The position numbers and the translations under genes were made by a program. From an uncultured Pseudomonadota bacterium (GTDB lineage Bacteria; Bdellovibrionota_C; UBA2361; CALMIO01): DNA of 64,000 bases. Every line of letters starts with the position of its first letter. Within the stretch, counting starts at the first letter, position 1. Location: positions 162,390-226,389 of the forward strand of contig CALMIO010000002.1 in NCBI GenBank assembly GCA_937864035.1, read 5' to 3'. The notes under the pieces are model-generated. The model was not told the origin of the DNA. It made no database searches and was given only the letters and a program-made list of their open reading frames with translations. Shown piece by piece: positions 30,776-39,157 of this stretch.

Positions 30776-31021
30776 ATGGAGCCTTTCAAATTAAAACTAA
30801 TCAAAGCTAGTGGAACAATCTTTGAGGGCAACGTGCTGTCAGCAAAACTTAAAACTATAAGTGGAGAGATTCAGGTTTTAAATAACCATGCTGATTGCGT
30901 AGGCATTCTCGACAATTCTCAGATCGAGATTGTTGAGCCTAACAACTCAAAACAAGTTTTTGAGATTGCTGGCGGAGTGTGCTCTGTAAGCGACAAAATT
31001 CTTACTATTGTTGCAGATTAA
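30776..31021 (+). CDS. atpC: F1 ATP synthase subunit epsilon, beta-sandwich domain only (81 aa)
   Basis: Position after atpD. The pattern LKLIKASGTIFEGNV...ISGEIQVLNNHAD...GGVCSV matches the epsilon N-terminal domain. The stop at 31019-31021 is followed within 6 nt by the end of a convergent gene. Confidence 0.8.
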   Translation: MEPFKLKLIKASGTIFEGNVLSAKLKTISGEIQVLNNHADCVGILDNSQIEIVEPNNSKQVFEIAGGVCSVSDKILTIVAD

Positions 31022-31026
31022 ATTGC

Positions 31027-31503
31027 TTAATTCCAAGTTGCGTCGCAACCACCCGGAGCAAAAGTAGTTGCTTCTATGATATCGCCAACATCAGGGCTCA
31101 AACCGCGCGCTATGTAATAATCAGGGTGATTAGACCAGCCAAAAACAATATCACCATTTTCATGGCAAGTTTGGACAAAAAAACGGTGGTTAGCTTCGTC
31201 TGAGACTAACGCGTGGAGATGAAGTTGCCGCTGTGAGCCCAATTCAAAACCCGGATACTGAACCTGACAAGCAGCGTTGTCGCAAGAAACAAGATTCGTG
31301 TAAGGATTATTCGCAATCCAAGATTCAACTGCCGATACCACCTCTTTAACAAGATTTTTAGCGCCGGCGTTAAAAGCGCGAGCCTTAAGATTGTTCAAAT
31401 TAGACATAGCAATAGCCGCTATTACTCCAATTGTTGTAATAATGATCAACAACTCAATAAAGGAAAAGCCTTTTTGTGTCCTTATAAAACACCTACTAGC
31501 CAT
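31027..31503 (-). CDS. Type IV pilin (prepilin-type N-terminal cleavage/methylation domain)
   Basis: Class III signal QKG|FSFIELLIIITTIGVIAAIA with Glu at +5. C-terminal Cys pair. Confidence 0.8.
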   Translation of the reverse strand: MASRCFIRTQKGFSFIELLIIITTIGVIAAIAMSNLNNLKARAFNAGAKNLVKEVVSAVESWIANNPYTNLVSCDNAACQVQYPGFELGSQRQLHLHALVSDEANHRFFVQTCHENGDIVFGWSNHPDYYIARGLSPDVGDIIEATTFAPGGCDATWN

Positions 31504-31674
31504 AAAATCGGAATATACTCTGATTATCTCTGCCTACGCCTAAGATTTATATTACTTTAAAATCGGAAAGATATAAAAGAGACTTTATCGGAGATTATAC
31601 CATAGAATCTCCTAATTTTGATCAAAAATAGCTTAAGTCATTATAACTTTTCTGGTAGCTAGCGCTGATGCAAA

Positions 31675-32385
31675 TTACAAATACTTAATATGTGCCTCTG
31701 AGAGATCCTCTATACCCATAAGACGTAAAAAAACCCTAGCCGTAATTAAAACGTCTTTTTTACAGTAAGTAGAAATTCTAATTAAATCTTTGTCTTGCCA
31801 ATAAACTCTTCCAACATCTTTGCCAGAAATATCATCCTTTGGGTTTGGCAAACCAAAGATTGTTGCTAATAAATTTAGCGAAGTAAAGCTCTTGCGATCT
31901 CCAAATTTCCATAACTCCATTGTATCTAGGTGTTGAATTTCCCAAGGTTTTTTGCCCGCCGAATTTAAAATTTTAGGAAGTGGTTGGTTATTAATAATCA
32001 TCCTTCGACAGATATAAGGAAAATCAAACTCTTTGCCATTATGCGCAACTAAAACAGTATCTGCTGGTTGTTTGTTTAACAGCTCCGATAACTCACTAAG
32101 CAACTTATTTTCATCATCTGATTGAAGACTCTTTAGTTTTATTCCTAATCTTTGCTCTTCAAAATAAAATTTTCCCAAAGCAACACAGATAATTTTTCCA
32201 AATTCCGCATAAATACCAGCTCTTTCATAGGAATTAGACGAGGTTTCTTGCTCTTTTCTAAAGGAAGCTGATTTTTCACTCCACAATATTTTCAACTCAT
32301 CGGTCAACGCGTCATAGCTTGGAAAAGACGGAACGCATTCTATATCTAAAAATAGTAAGTTTTCTAAATTAATATTTTCTAACAT
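31675..32385 (-). CDS. RNase H-like / PolB-type 3'-5' exonuclease domain protein
   Basis: LFLDIECVP (ExoI-like) and VAHNGKEFDFPY (ExoII-like) motifs. Confidence 0.65.
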   Translation of the reverse strand: MLENINLENLLFLDIECVPSFPSYDALTDELKILWSEKSASFRKEQETSSNSYERAGIYAEFGKIICVALGKFYFEEQRLGIKLKSLQSDDENKLLSELSELLNKQPADTVLVAHNGKEFDFPYICRRMIINNQPLPKILNSAGKKPWEIQHLDTMELWKFGDRKSFTSLNLLATIFGLPNPKDDISGKDVGRVYWQDKDLIRISTYCKKDVLITARVFLRLMGIEDLSEAHIKYL

Positions 32386-32521
32386 ATTAATTTAAGTTAA
32401 TCATAAAAAGTGATAGATATATTCAAAATCATTCTTTCAATAATCAAGTCCTACTATTATTATTGGCTATAATATATTATAGCAAGATTTTAAGGCAAAA
32501 AATCATATTTAAAGTATAAGA

Positions 32522-32941
32522 ATGCACTGGTGGGTTTGGGTTGTCACGGGAATAATATTGTCAGCAGTAGAATTATTATTGCCGGCTGGCTTTGTCTTGC
32601 TTGTTTTTGGAATTTCTTTTTTGCTAACTGGCATTGCTAGCGCAATGGGAGTATTTTATGCCAGTTGGCAAGAATGGTTTTTTGCTGGTTTCATTTCTAT
32701 TATCTTACTTATTATTCTTAAAAAGAGATTTTTTAAGAACTATAACGCAAGCTTAACAGCAGGGCATACGGATCTTGTGGGGGAATGGGTAATAATTAAA
32801 AGCGATCTTTCAAAAAATACCTTTGGTTCGGGAGAGCTTCGAGGAACAATTTGGAAGGTTTTTAATGAATCATCTGATCAGTTGATTGCTGGAAGTAAGG
32901 CGCGAGTTGTTAGAATTGAAGGTTTAACTCTTTTTGTTTAA
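32522..32941 (+). CDS. NfeD-family membrane protein
   Basis: Three N-terminal TM helices plus a C-terminal OB-like domain (GELRGTIWKV...ARVVRIEGLTLFV). Sits upstream of the SPFH gene, the usual arrangement. Confidence 0.8.
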   Translation: MHWWVWVVTGIILSAVELLLPAGFVLLVFGISFLLTGIASAMGVFYASWQEWFFAGFISIILLIILKKRFFKNYNASLTAGHTDLVGEWVIIKSDLSKNTFGSGELRGTIWKVFNESSDQLIAGSKARVVRIEGLTLFV

Positions 32942-32948
32942 GCAAAAA

Positions 32949-32974
32949 TTGATCTAAAAATATTTTTAGATCAA
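32949..32974. repeat. Perfect 26-bp palindrome between nfeD and the SPFH gene
   Basis: TTGATCTAAAAAT|ATTTTTAGATCAA, verified base by base. Confidence 0.85.
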
Positions 32975-33012
32975 TGTAAATTATCAAATTAAGTGTTTGG
33001 AGATAATATTTT

Positions 33013-33951
33013 ATGGAGCTTTCTTCTTTAGGGGTTATTTTATTATTATTTATATTTTTTGTTATTTGGAGAGGGGTGGTCTTTGTCCCTCAGCAGATGG
33101 CTTATGTGATAGAGCGTTTTGGTAAATATAGTTCAACTTTAGATGCTGGACCTCACTGGATTATCCCATTTTTCGATCGCATCGCCTACCGTCACTCTTT
33201 GAAAGAATCAGCTATCGATATTCCAGAGCAAGTGTGTATAACTTCTGACAACGTTCAAGTGGCAGTTGATGGTATTTTATATATCAAAATACTCGATCCC
33301 CATCGCGCTTCCTATGGAATTAGTGATTATATTTTTGCCGTTAGTCAGCTAACGCAAACTACATTAAGGAGCGAAATAGGCAGAATTGAGCTTGATAAAA
33401 CTTTTGAAGCTAGGGCTCATATTAACGCCGCGGTAGTAGCTGAAGTCGATAAAGCATCTGATCCGTGGGGTGTTAAGGTGTTGCGTTATGAAATAAAAAA
33501 TATCACTCCCCCGGAAGATGTAATTTCGGCGATGGAAAAACAGATGCGCGCTGAAAGAGAGAAGCGAGCCTCCATACTCCAATCAGAAGGAGATCGCGAC
33601 GCTAAAATCAATCAGGCTGAAGGAGAAAAACAGCGCGCCATTAAAGAGTCAGAAGCAAAAATGCAAGCTCAGATTAACGAAGCACGCGGAAACGCCGAAG
33701 CAATTTTGCAAACAGCCAAAGCGACAGCCGAAGGTTTACGAATGGTCGGAGAAGCCTTGAAAAGCACGGGCGGCTTGGAAGCAATGCAACTTAGAATAGC
33801 CGAAAATTACGTTAAAGAGTTTGGCAAACTAGCTAAAACTAACAACACAATTGTCCTGCCGGCAAATTTGGCGGATATCGGTTCAATGATAACCTTAGCC
33901 AAAGGAATGCTGATGGACCAAGACAAAAAAGAGATTATAAAAGAAAAATAA
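33013..33951 (+). CDS. SPFH/band 7 (stomatin/QmcA-like) protein
   Basis: N-terminal TM helix. Conserved band-7 core (VPQQMAYVIERFGKY ... TLRSEIGRIELD ... WGVKVLRYEIKNI) and a charged coiled-coil tail. Confidence 0.9.
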   Translation: MELSSLGVILLLFIFFVIWRGVVFVPQQMAYVIERFGKYSSTLDAGPHWIIPFFDRIAYRHSLKESAIDIPEQVCITSDNVQVAVDGILYIKILDPHRASYGISDYIFAVSQLTQTTLRSEIGRIELDKTFEARAHINAAVVAEVDKASDPWGVKVLRYEIKNITPPEDVISAMEKQMRAEREKRASILQSEGDRDAKINQAEGEKQRAIKESEAKMQAQINEARGNAEAILQTAKATAEGLRMVGEALKSTGGLEAMQLRIAENYVKEFGKLAKTNNTIVLPANLADIGSMITLAKGMLMDQDKKEIIKEK

Positions 33952-33989
33952 AAAATTTTATTATTGCTTAAATTTGAGTAAATTATAGG

Positions 33990-34712
33990 TTGCAAAGAAA
34001 TCCAAAAATTTCCATCATTATTCCGGCGCGGAACGAAGAAAAATATCTTCCCAAATGTTTAGCTGCCATAGAAGCGGCTAAAAAAAACACCGCGGCAGAT
34101 TTTGAAATAATAGTCGTCGCCAATCGTTGCACCGACAAAACCGAACAAATAGCCCTTAAAAATAATTGCTTAGTAATCAAAAACGAGAGCAAAAATCTGG
34201 CGCAAATCAGAAATGCCGGCGCCGCCACTGCCAGCGGCGACATAATAGTCACGGTTGATGCTGACAGCTTTGTTTCTAAGGAGATTTTTAGGGATATACT
34301 AAAAAAATTATCATCTCCAAGAATTATCGGCGGCGGCGTTTGGATCTGGCCTGAAAGGTTAAGTCTTGGAATATTTTTAACAGGTCTCTGTTTGTTGCCG
34401 TTAATCGTTATTTATGGGATCTCCGCTGGCTTATTTTTCGTTCGTCGCCAAGATTTTTTTGCCATCGGAGGTTTTAACGAAGAGCTGGTCAGCGTTGAAG
34501 ATGTTGATTTCGCCAAAAGACTTAAAGCCCACGGGGAAAAAAGTCGCAGAAAATTCGTAACCCTTTTTAGATCTTACATTGTTACTTCTTGTAGAAAATT
34601 TGATCGTTTCGGGGATTGGTATTTTTTAAAAAATCCAAGAGAATTTAAAAAAATTTTTGAAGGACGAGATCGCGACCTTGCCAACAAAATTTGGTATGAT
34701 TTTGAACACTAA
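33990..34712 (+). CDS. Family 2 glycosyltransferase
   Basis: TTG start. ISIIIPARNEEKYL, VDADS and VEDVDFAKR motifs. Confidence 0.8.
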   Translation: MQRNPKISIIIPARNEEKYLPKCLAAIEAAKKNTAADFEIIVVANRCTDKTEQIALKNNCLVIKNESKNLAQIRNAGAATASGDIIVTVDADSFVSKEIFRDILKKLSSPRIIGGGVWIWPERLSLGIFLTGLCLLPLIVIYGISAGLFFVRRQDFFAIGGFNEELVSVEDVDFAKRLKAHGEKSRRKFVTLFRSYIVTSCRKFDRFGDWYFLKNPREFKKIFEGRDRDLANKIWYDFEH

Positions 34713-34724
34713 ATTATTATTAAA

Positions 34725-36785
34725 ATGAAAATTTTTAATAAGTTATTTGCGTGGATATTATTTATACTTTTGCTTACCGCCGTATATTCAAATCATTTCG
34801 ATAATTCATTTCATTTTGACGATTCTCATGCCATAACAGAAAATCCTTACATTCGTGATCTTGGTAACTGGAAAGTTTTTTTTAAAAACGCCGAAACTTT
34901 CAGCTCGCATCCAGAACATCAAGAATACCGCCCCTTAACTACTCTTTCGATCGCTTTTGATTATTGGCTAGCAGGAGGTTATAAAAATCTATTTTATTTC
35001 CACATTCTAACATTTTTATTTTATATAATTCTGCTTATTGCCATACAAAAACTTACTTATCGCTTACTGACTTGGAGCGATTCAATAAACGAACAAAACT
35101 CCATGAGAGATCGAGTAAATTGGTGGTTTGCTTTTATGGCATCGGTTATTTTTGGATTACACCCAGTTTCCGCTGAAACAGTTAACTACATTATCCAACG
35201 AGCAGATTTATACTCGGCTCTTTTTTCGGTTGTTGCTCTGTTAATTTACACAAATTGGCATAATGGTAAAAAACTTTGCCTATATTTTATTCCGATAACC
35301 TTAGGAGTTTTAGCAAAAGAATCTACCTTAGCATTTGGACCAATATTTGCAGCTTACATTTTACTCTTCGAGCAAAACAGCTCTCTTAACATTATCCGCG
35401 AAAGAAGGAAACTTTTGGGAGCCGTTATAAAAACTTTGCCTGTTTTCTTTCTTATGATCGCGCTTTTTTATCTAAACCGATCAATGCATTCTGGCGCTCC
35501 AATCAATTTTTCAAAAATGCCAATTTACTGGGCAACTCAAACATATGTTGTTTTCCGTTATTTTCGGGCGTTTTTTTTACCATACGATCTTACCGCTGAC
35601 ACCGACTGGCATCTAGCAAGCAGTTTCTATGATTCAGCCGTAATTCTAGGAGCGCTGTTTATTTTCGGATTGTCTCTCACAATATATAAATTGTCGTTTT
35701 CAAAAAAACTTCGAGTCATTTCATTTGGGCTTCTCTGGTTTTTGCTGGCTCTTTTGCCGACATCAATAATTCCCTTAGATGAGGTTACAAACGATCATAG
35801 AATGTTTTTTTCTTTCGTAGGATTGGTAATAGCTTTATCAGCTTCGCTGAAATTTATTTACTACCAATATTTAAGCGCAGAACGACTAACTTTCAGTAAA
35901 AAAATAGCGACGCTCTTTATTTTGACTGGAATAGTAATTATATCTTCTATCGCAACCTATCGCAGAAATGAAGTTTGGCACAATGAAGAGACTCTCTGGT
36001 TTGATACAACTATTAAAAGCCCTAAAAACGGAAGAGGGTTGATGAATTACGGATTAACCAGGATGTCAAAAGGAGATTATAACAAAGCTTTAGAGTATTT
36101 TACTCGAGCTTTGGAATTTATCCCTTATTATGGAACCCTACACGTCAATATCGCGATTGTCAATGGAGCGCTCGGTAGAGATCAAATTGCCGAAACACAT
36201 TTTAGGCAAGCAATTTTATATGATTCCCGCTCTCCAAATCCTTTTTTCTTTTATGCTCGTTGGCTTTTAGGGAAAAATCGGATAGAAGAAGCGCATTTGT
36301 TAATCAAGGATCATCCGTCGCTCTTCCCCTATTATCTAAATAGTCGGTATCTATTGATGTCAATACTGCAAAAAAAGATGGATTTTCCAAAGTTGCGCGC
36401 CGAAGCAGAGAGCATATTGAAAGATTTTCCAAAAGATCAAACAGCAAAAAAATCTTTGATTTTTGCGGAAGCCCTTCTCGCCGAGAAAAAAAATGGAGAA
36501 AGAACTGAAATTAGCGAACTAAAAAAAGCTGAAGATCTACTTGATTTATCTCTGCTCGCTTATAATATTGGAAATTTTGAACTTTGCGTAGAGGCGGCCG
36601 CTATTTCAACAAAAATCGATCCCAATTATGCAGAAGGATACAACAATATAGCGGCTTGCAACGCCTCTCTTGGCAGATGGGACGCCTCGATAGCCGCCGC
36701 CGAAAAAGCATTGCTGATAAAGCCCGACTATCAACTCGCCAAAAACAATTTGGAGTGGGCAAAAAAGATGAAAAGCGGATTGTGA
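34725..36785 (+). CDS. Polytopic GT-C-like membrane protein with C-terminal TPR repeats (TMTC/PMT_2-like architecture)
   Basis: About 400 aa with many TM helices, an early FHFDDSHAI loop motif, then TPR-like repeats (GDYNKALEYFTRALEFIPYY; AEGYNNIAACNASLGRWDASIAAAEKALLIKPDY). Confidence 0.65.
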   Translation: MKIFNKLFAWILFILLLTAVYSNHFDNSFHFDDSHAITENPYIRDLGNWKVFFKNAETFSSHPEHQEYRPLTTLSIAFDYWLAGGYKNLFYFHILTFLFYIILLIAIQKLTYRLLTWSDSINEQNSMRDRVNWWFAFMASVIFGLHPVSAETVNYIIQRADLYSALFSVVALLIYTNWHNGKKLCLYFIPITLGVLAKESTLAFGPIFAAYILLFEQNSSLNIIRERRKLLGAVIKTLPVFFLMIALFYLNRSMHSGAPINFSKMPIYWATQTYVVFRYFRAFFLPYDLTADTDWHLASSFYDSAVILGALFIFGLSLTIYKLSFSKKLRVISFGLLWFLLALLPTSIIPLDEVTNDHRMFFSFVGLVIALSASLKFIYYQYLSAERLTFSKKIATLFILTGIVIISSIATYRRNEVWHNEETLWFDTTIKSPKNGRGLMNYGLTRMSKGDYNKALEYFTRALEFIPYYGTLHVNIAIVNGALGRDQIAETHFRQAILYDSRSPNPFFFYARWLLGKNRIEEAHLLIKDHPSLFPYYLNSRYLLMSILQKKMDFPKLRAEAESILKDFPKDQTAKKSLIFAEALLAEKKNGERTEISELKKAEDLLDLSLLAYNIGNFELCVEAAAISTKIDPNYAEGYNNIAACNASLGRWDASIAAAEKALLIKPDYQLAKNNLEWAKKMKSGL

Positions 36786-36874
36786 AAAGTGATATTGAAA
36801 GGTTTTTAATCGAAACTAAAAGCGCGATTAGATATTTTTAAAAAAATTTATAAAGTTTCTCAAAATTTTCGATT

Positions 36875-36894
36875 GGCGACGCGACGCCCTTTTC
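36875..36894 (+). terminator. GC hairpin plus T-run after the TPR/GT-C gene
   Basis: GGCG-acgcga-CGCC followed by CTTTTC. It overlaps a longer near-palindrome, TTTTCAAATCGCGATTTTGAAAA (36890-36912). Confidence 0.4.
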
Positions 36895-36963
36895 AAATCG
36901 CGATTTTGAAAACATATTGAGCTGTCAGGAAAATTAAAATGCGCCCGCCCAAAAAATTTTAAA

Positions 36964-37269
36964 TTACCAACTTGATTTTGTAACGCCGGGTATTAAACCA
37001 CTATGCGCCATTTCGCGAAACATAATTCTAGATAGCATAAACTCCCGATAAACACCTCGAGGTCTGCCGGTTATTTGGCAACGATTCCTGATTCTGGTAG
37101 AGGATGTATCTCTGGGTAGCGCTTGTAATTTTTGACGAGCCATCATTCGCTCTTCAAAAGAAAGTTTTAAATCCAAAGACTGAGCTCTTAAAAGAGAGCG
37201 CTTTTCACGACCTTTTGCCTCCCTCTCAATGCGTAACTTATTTCGATGGAGCGTACTCTTTTTTGCCAT
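36964..37269 (-). CDS. rpsN: 30S ribosomal protein S14 (long, non-zinc C-minus form)
   Basis: 101 aa. ...[41 protein letters not shown] is the conserved S14 C-terminus. It has a single Cys and no CxxC pairs. Confidence 0.9.
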   Translation of the reverse strand: MAKKSTLHRNKLRIEREAKGREKRSLLRAQSLDLKLSFEERMMARQKLQALPRDTSSTRIRNRCQITGRPRGVYREFMLSRIMFREMAHSGLIPGVTKSSW

Positions 37270-37450
37270 AAAAACTTAAATGATATAATATAAAATTAGG
37301 TAAAGATTTCTTTTATTTCAAAGAGCGTATAATTATACAAAATTTCTCTATCAAAAGCAATAAGATATAGATATGCTTTTTAAAAGCAACTATAAAACGG
37401 CCTCTACTAGTAGTTGCTCTTTATTTACTCAGATTACTTTTTAACTGCAG

Positions 37451-39142
37451 ATGGCGGAAATTTCCGAAAGAACTCTAACAGAGTCAATACAAACTCTAAA
37501 AAATCTTCTCAAAGGAGAAAGTCGTGATTTATGGGCGGTTTCTCTCTATAGTATAGCTATTGCTGTCTTATATTTAGTAGTTCCGATCGCGGTTCAATCT
37601 GTGGTCAATACGGTGGCTTTGGGCGGATTACAACAACCACTTCTTGTGCTTTCAACTGCGGTGCTGGTTGCTTTAATGATAGTAGGTTGCATGCGCGGAA
37701 TGCAAAGGTATTTGATCGAAATTTTAGAGAGAAGGTTGATCGTAAGAGTTTCGCTGAATCTTGCTGAAAGGTTGGCAAAAATAAAAAAAGGGTTCTTAAT
37801 CGATACTTTTGGTCCCGATTACATCAATAGATTTTTAGAAGTGTTTGTAATCAAACGAACTTTGGCAGGTCTTTTGTTTGATGGGATTGCCGCTTTCATA
37901 GCCGCGCCAATAGCGCTAATTTTGCTTGCTTTTTACCACCCATATTTCTTAATTTTTGCAATATTAATAATTTCACTGGTTATCCTACATTTGGCTTTAT
38001 TTTCTCGAGGTGGCATCAATGCCGCCCTCAGGGAATCAAATGCAAAATACGATGTTTTGGCATGGCTCGAAGATGTAGCGACCGTTCCCATCTCGGCACG
38101 AATGCCGCAGGGTTACGCTTATGTTATCTCTCAAGCTGATCGTTTGGTTAATAAATATTTAATCTGCAAAAAGGAGTATTTTAAAATTATTTTTCGAAAC
38201 CAGCTTGGAAGTTATTTTCTGCAGGCAATATCAATCTCTGCACTTTTAGGGTTAGGGGGCATTTTGGTAATGCGTGGACAACTCACGCTAGGGCAATTAG
38301 TAGCGGCCGAAATAGCTCTGTCTGCCTCCCTTGCAAATTTAATATCGCTTACTAAACATTTAGAAGATTTTTTCAAATTAGTCGCTTCATCAACTAAACT
38401 TGAAGGCTTACTTAGTGTGCCAACCGAAAATAACGCACCAGAAATTTTATCGGTTTCCGGCAAACCAGCCGAAGTTGAATTTATCAACATAGGATTCGAT
38501 TCAAAAAACAGATCGATTTTAAAAAATATCAATCTAACTTTAAGACCCGGTGACAGGGTTGTCATCTTTGGCGCTAACGGTTCTGGTAAAAGCGGCTTAG
38601 TAAGTATTCCATATAGGCTGAACACAACTTACTCCGGAATAGTTAAAATCGACGGAGTCAACGTTAGCGACCTTGAGCTTGATTCGCTTCGTTCAACGAT
38701 TCATCTGACTCAAGGAATAGAAATTGTTCATGGCACTATCGAAGAAAACCTCCGCTTTGGCAGAGCCGACCTCTCTCTTAAAGAGATTCGCCAAGCTATT
38801 GATTCTGTCGGACTCAATGATGTTATACAAGAATTGCCAGATGGAATACATGAATTTATTCGTGCTGGTGGGCCTCTTTCGTCTGGACAAATGTATAAAT
38901 TGATTATCGCTCGAGCTATTTTAGCTAAGCCTCGTTTCTTAATCATTGACGGAACGTTAGATTATGTTGACGATGAATCAATCCCTTCCCTAGTCAAATT
39001 ATTATCGGCCGAACATCAACCTTGGACGTTGTTAGTTACAACTCACAGCGAACAGATTGCAGGATTTTTTCCGCGCAGTTATGAACTGACAAAAAATGGC
39101 TTCGAGCCAATATCAATAACTTGTCAAAGAAATCGCGCTTAA
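37451..39142 (+). CDS. Type I secretion ABC permease/ATPase (PrtD/HlyB-like, no C39 peptidase domain)
   Basis: Six-TM exporter domain. Walker A GANGSGKSG, Q-loop HLTQG, signature LSSGQ, Walker B FLIIDG and H-loop TTHS. Confidence 0.85.
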   Translation: MAEISERTLTESIQTLKNLLKGESRDLWAVSLYSIAIAVLYLVVPIAVQSVVNTVALGGLQQPLLVLSTAVLVALMIVGCMRGMQRYLIEILERRLIVRVSLNLAERLAKIKKGFLIDTFGPDYINRFLEVFVIKRTLAGLLFDGIAAFIAAPIALILLAFYHPYFLIFAILIISLVILHLALFSRGGINAALRESNAKYDVLAWLEDVATVPISARMPQGYAYVISQADRLVNKYLICKKEYFKIIFRNQLGSYFLQAISISALLGLGGILVMRGQLTLGQLVAAEIALSASLANLISLTKHLEDFFKLVASSTKLEGLLSVPTENNAPEILSVSGKPAEVEFINIGFDSKNRSILKNINLTLRPGDRVVIFGANGSGKSGLVSIPYRLNTTYSGIVKIDGVNVSDLELDSLRSTIHLTQGIEIVHGTIEENLRFGRADLSLKEIRQAIDSVGLNDVIQELPDGIHEFIRAGGPLSSGQMYKLIIARAILAKPRFLIIDGTLDYVDDESIPSLVKLLSAEHQPWTLLVTTHSEQIAGFFPRSYELTKNGFEPISITCQRNRA

Positions 39143-39157
39143 AAATAATGTAAAAAG

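Noticed and set aside
31590-31612. Hairpin GGAGATT-N9-AATCTCC between the exonuclease gene and the pilin gene, considered as a terminator.
   Set aside because: On the minus strand, which both neighbouring genes use, it is not directly followed by a T-run. It is kept as an observation only.
37277-37299. Zur-box-like sequence TAAATGATATAATATAAAATTAG just upstream of rpsN (about 17 of 22 defined positions match the gammaproteobacterial GAAATGTTATANTATAACATTTC).
   Set aside because: This is low-complexity AT sequence in an AT-rich genome, and the consensus comes from a distant lineage. It sits only 8-30 nt from the start codon and may simply be the -10 region.
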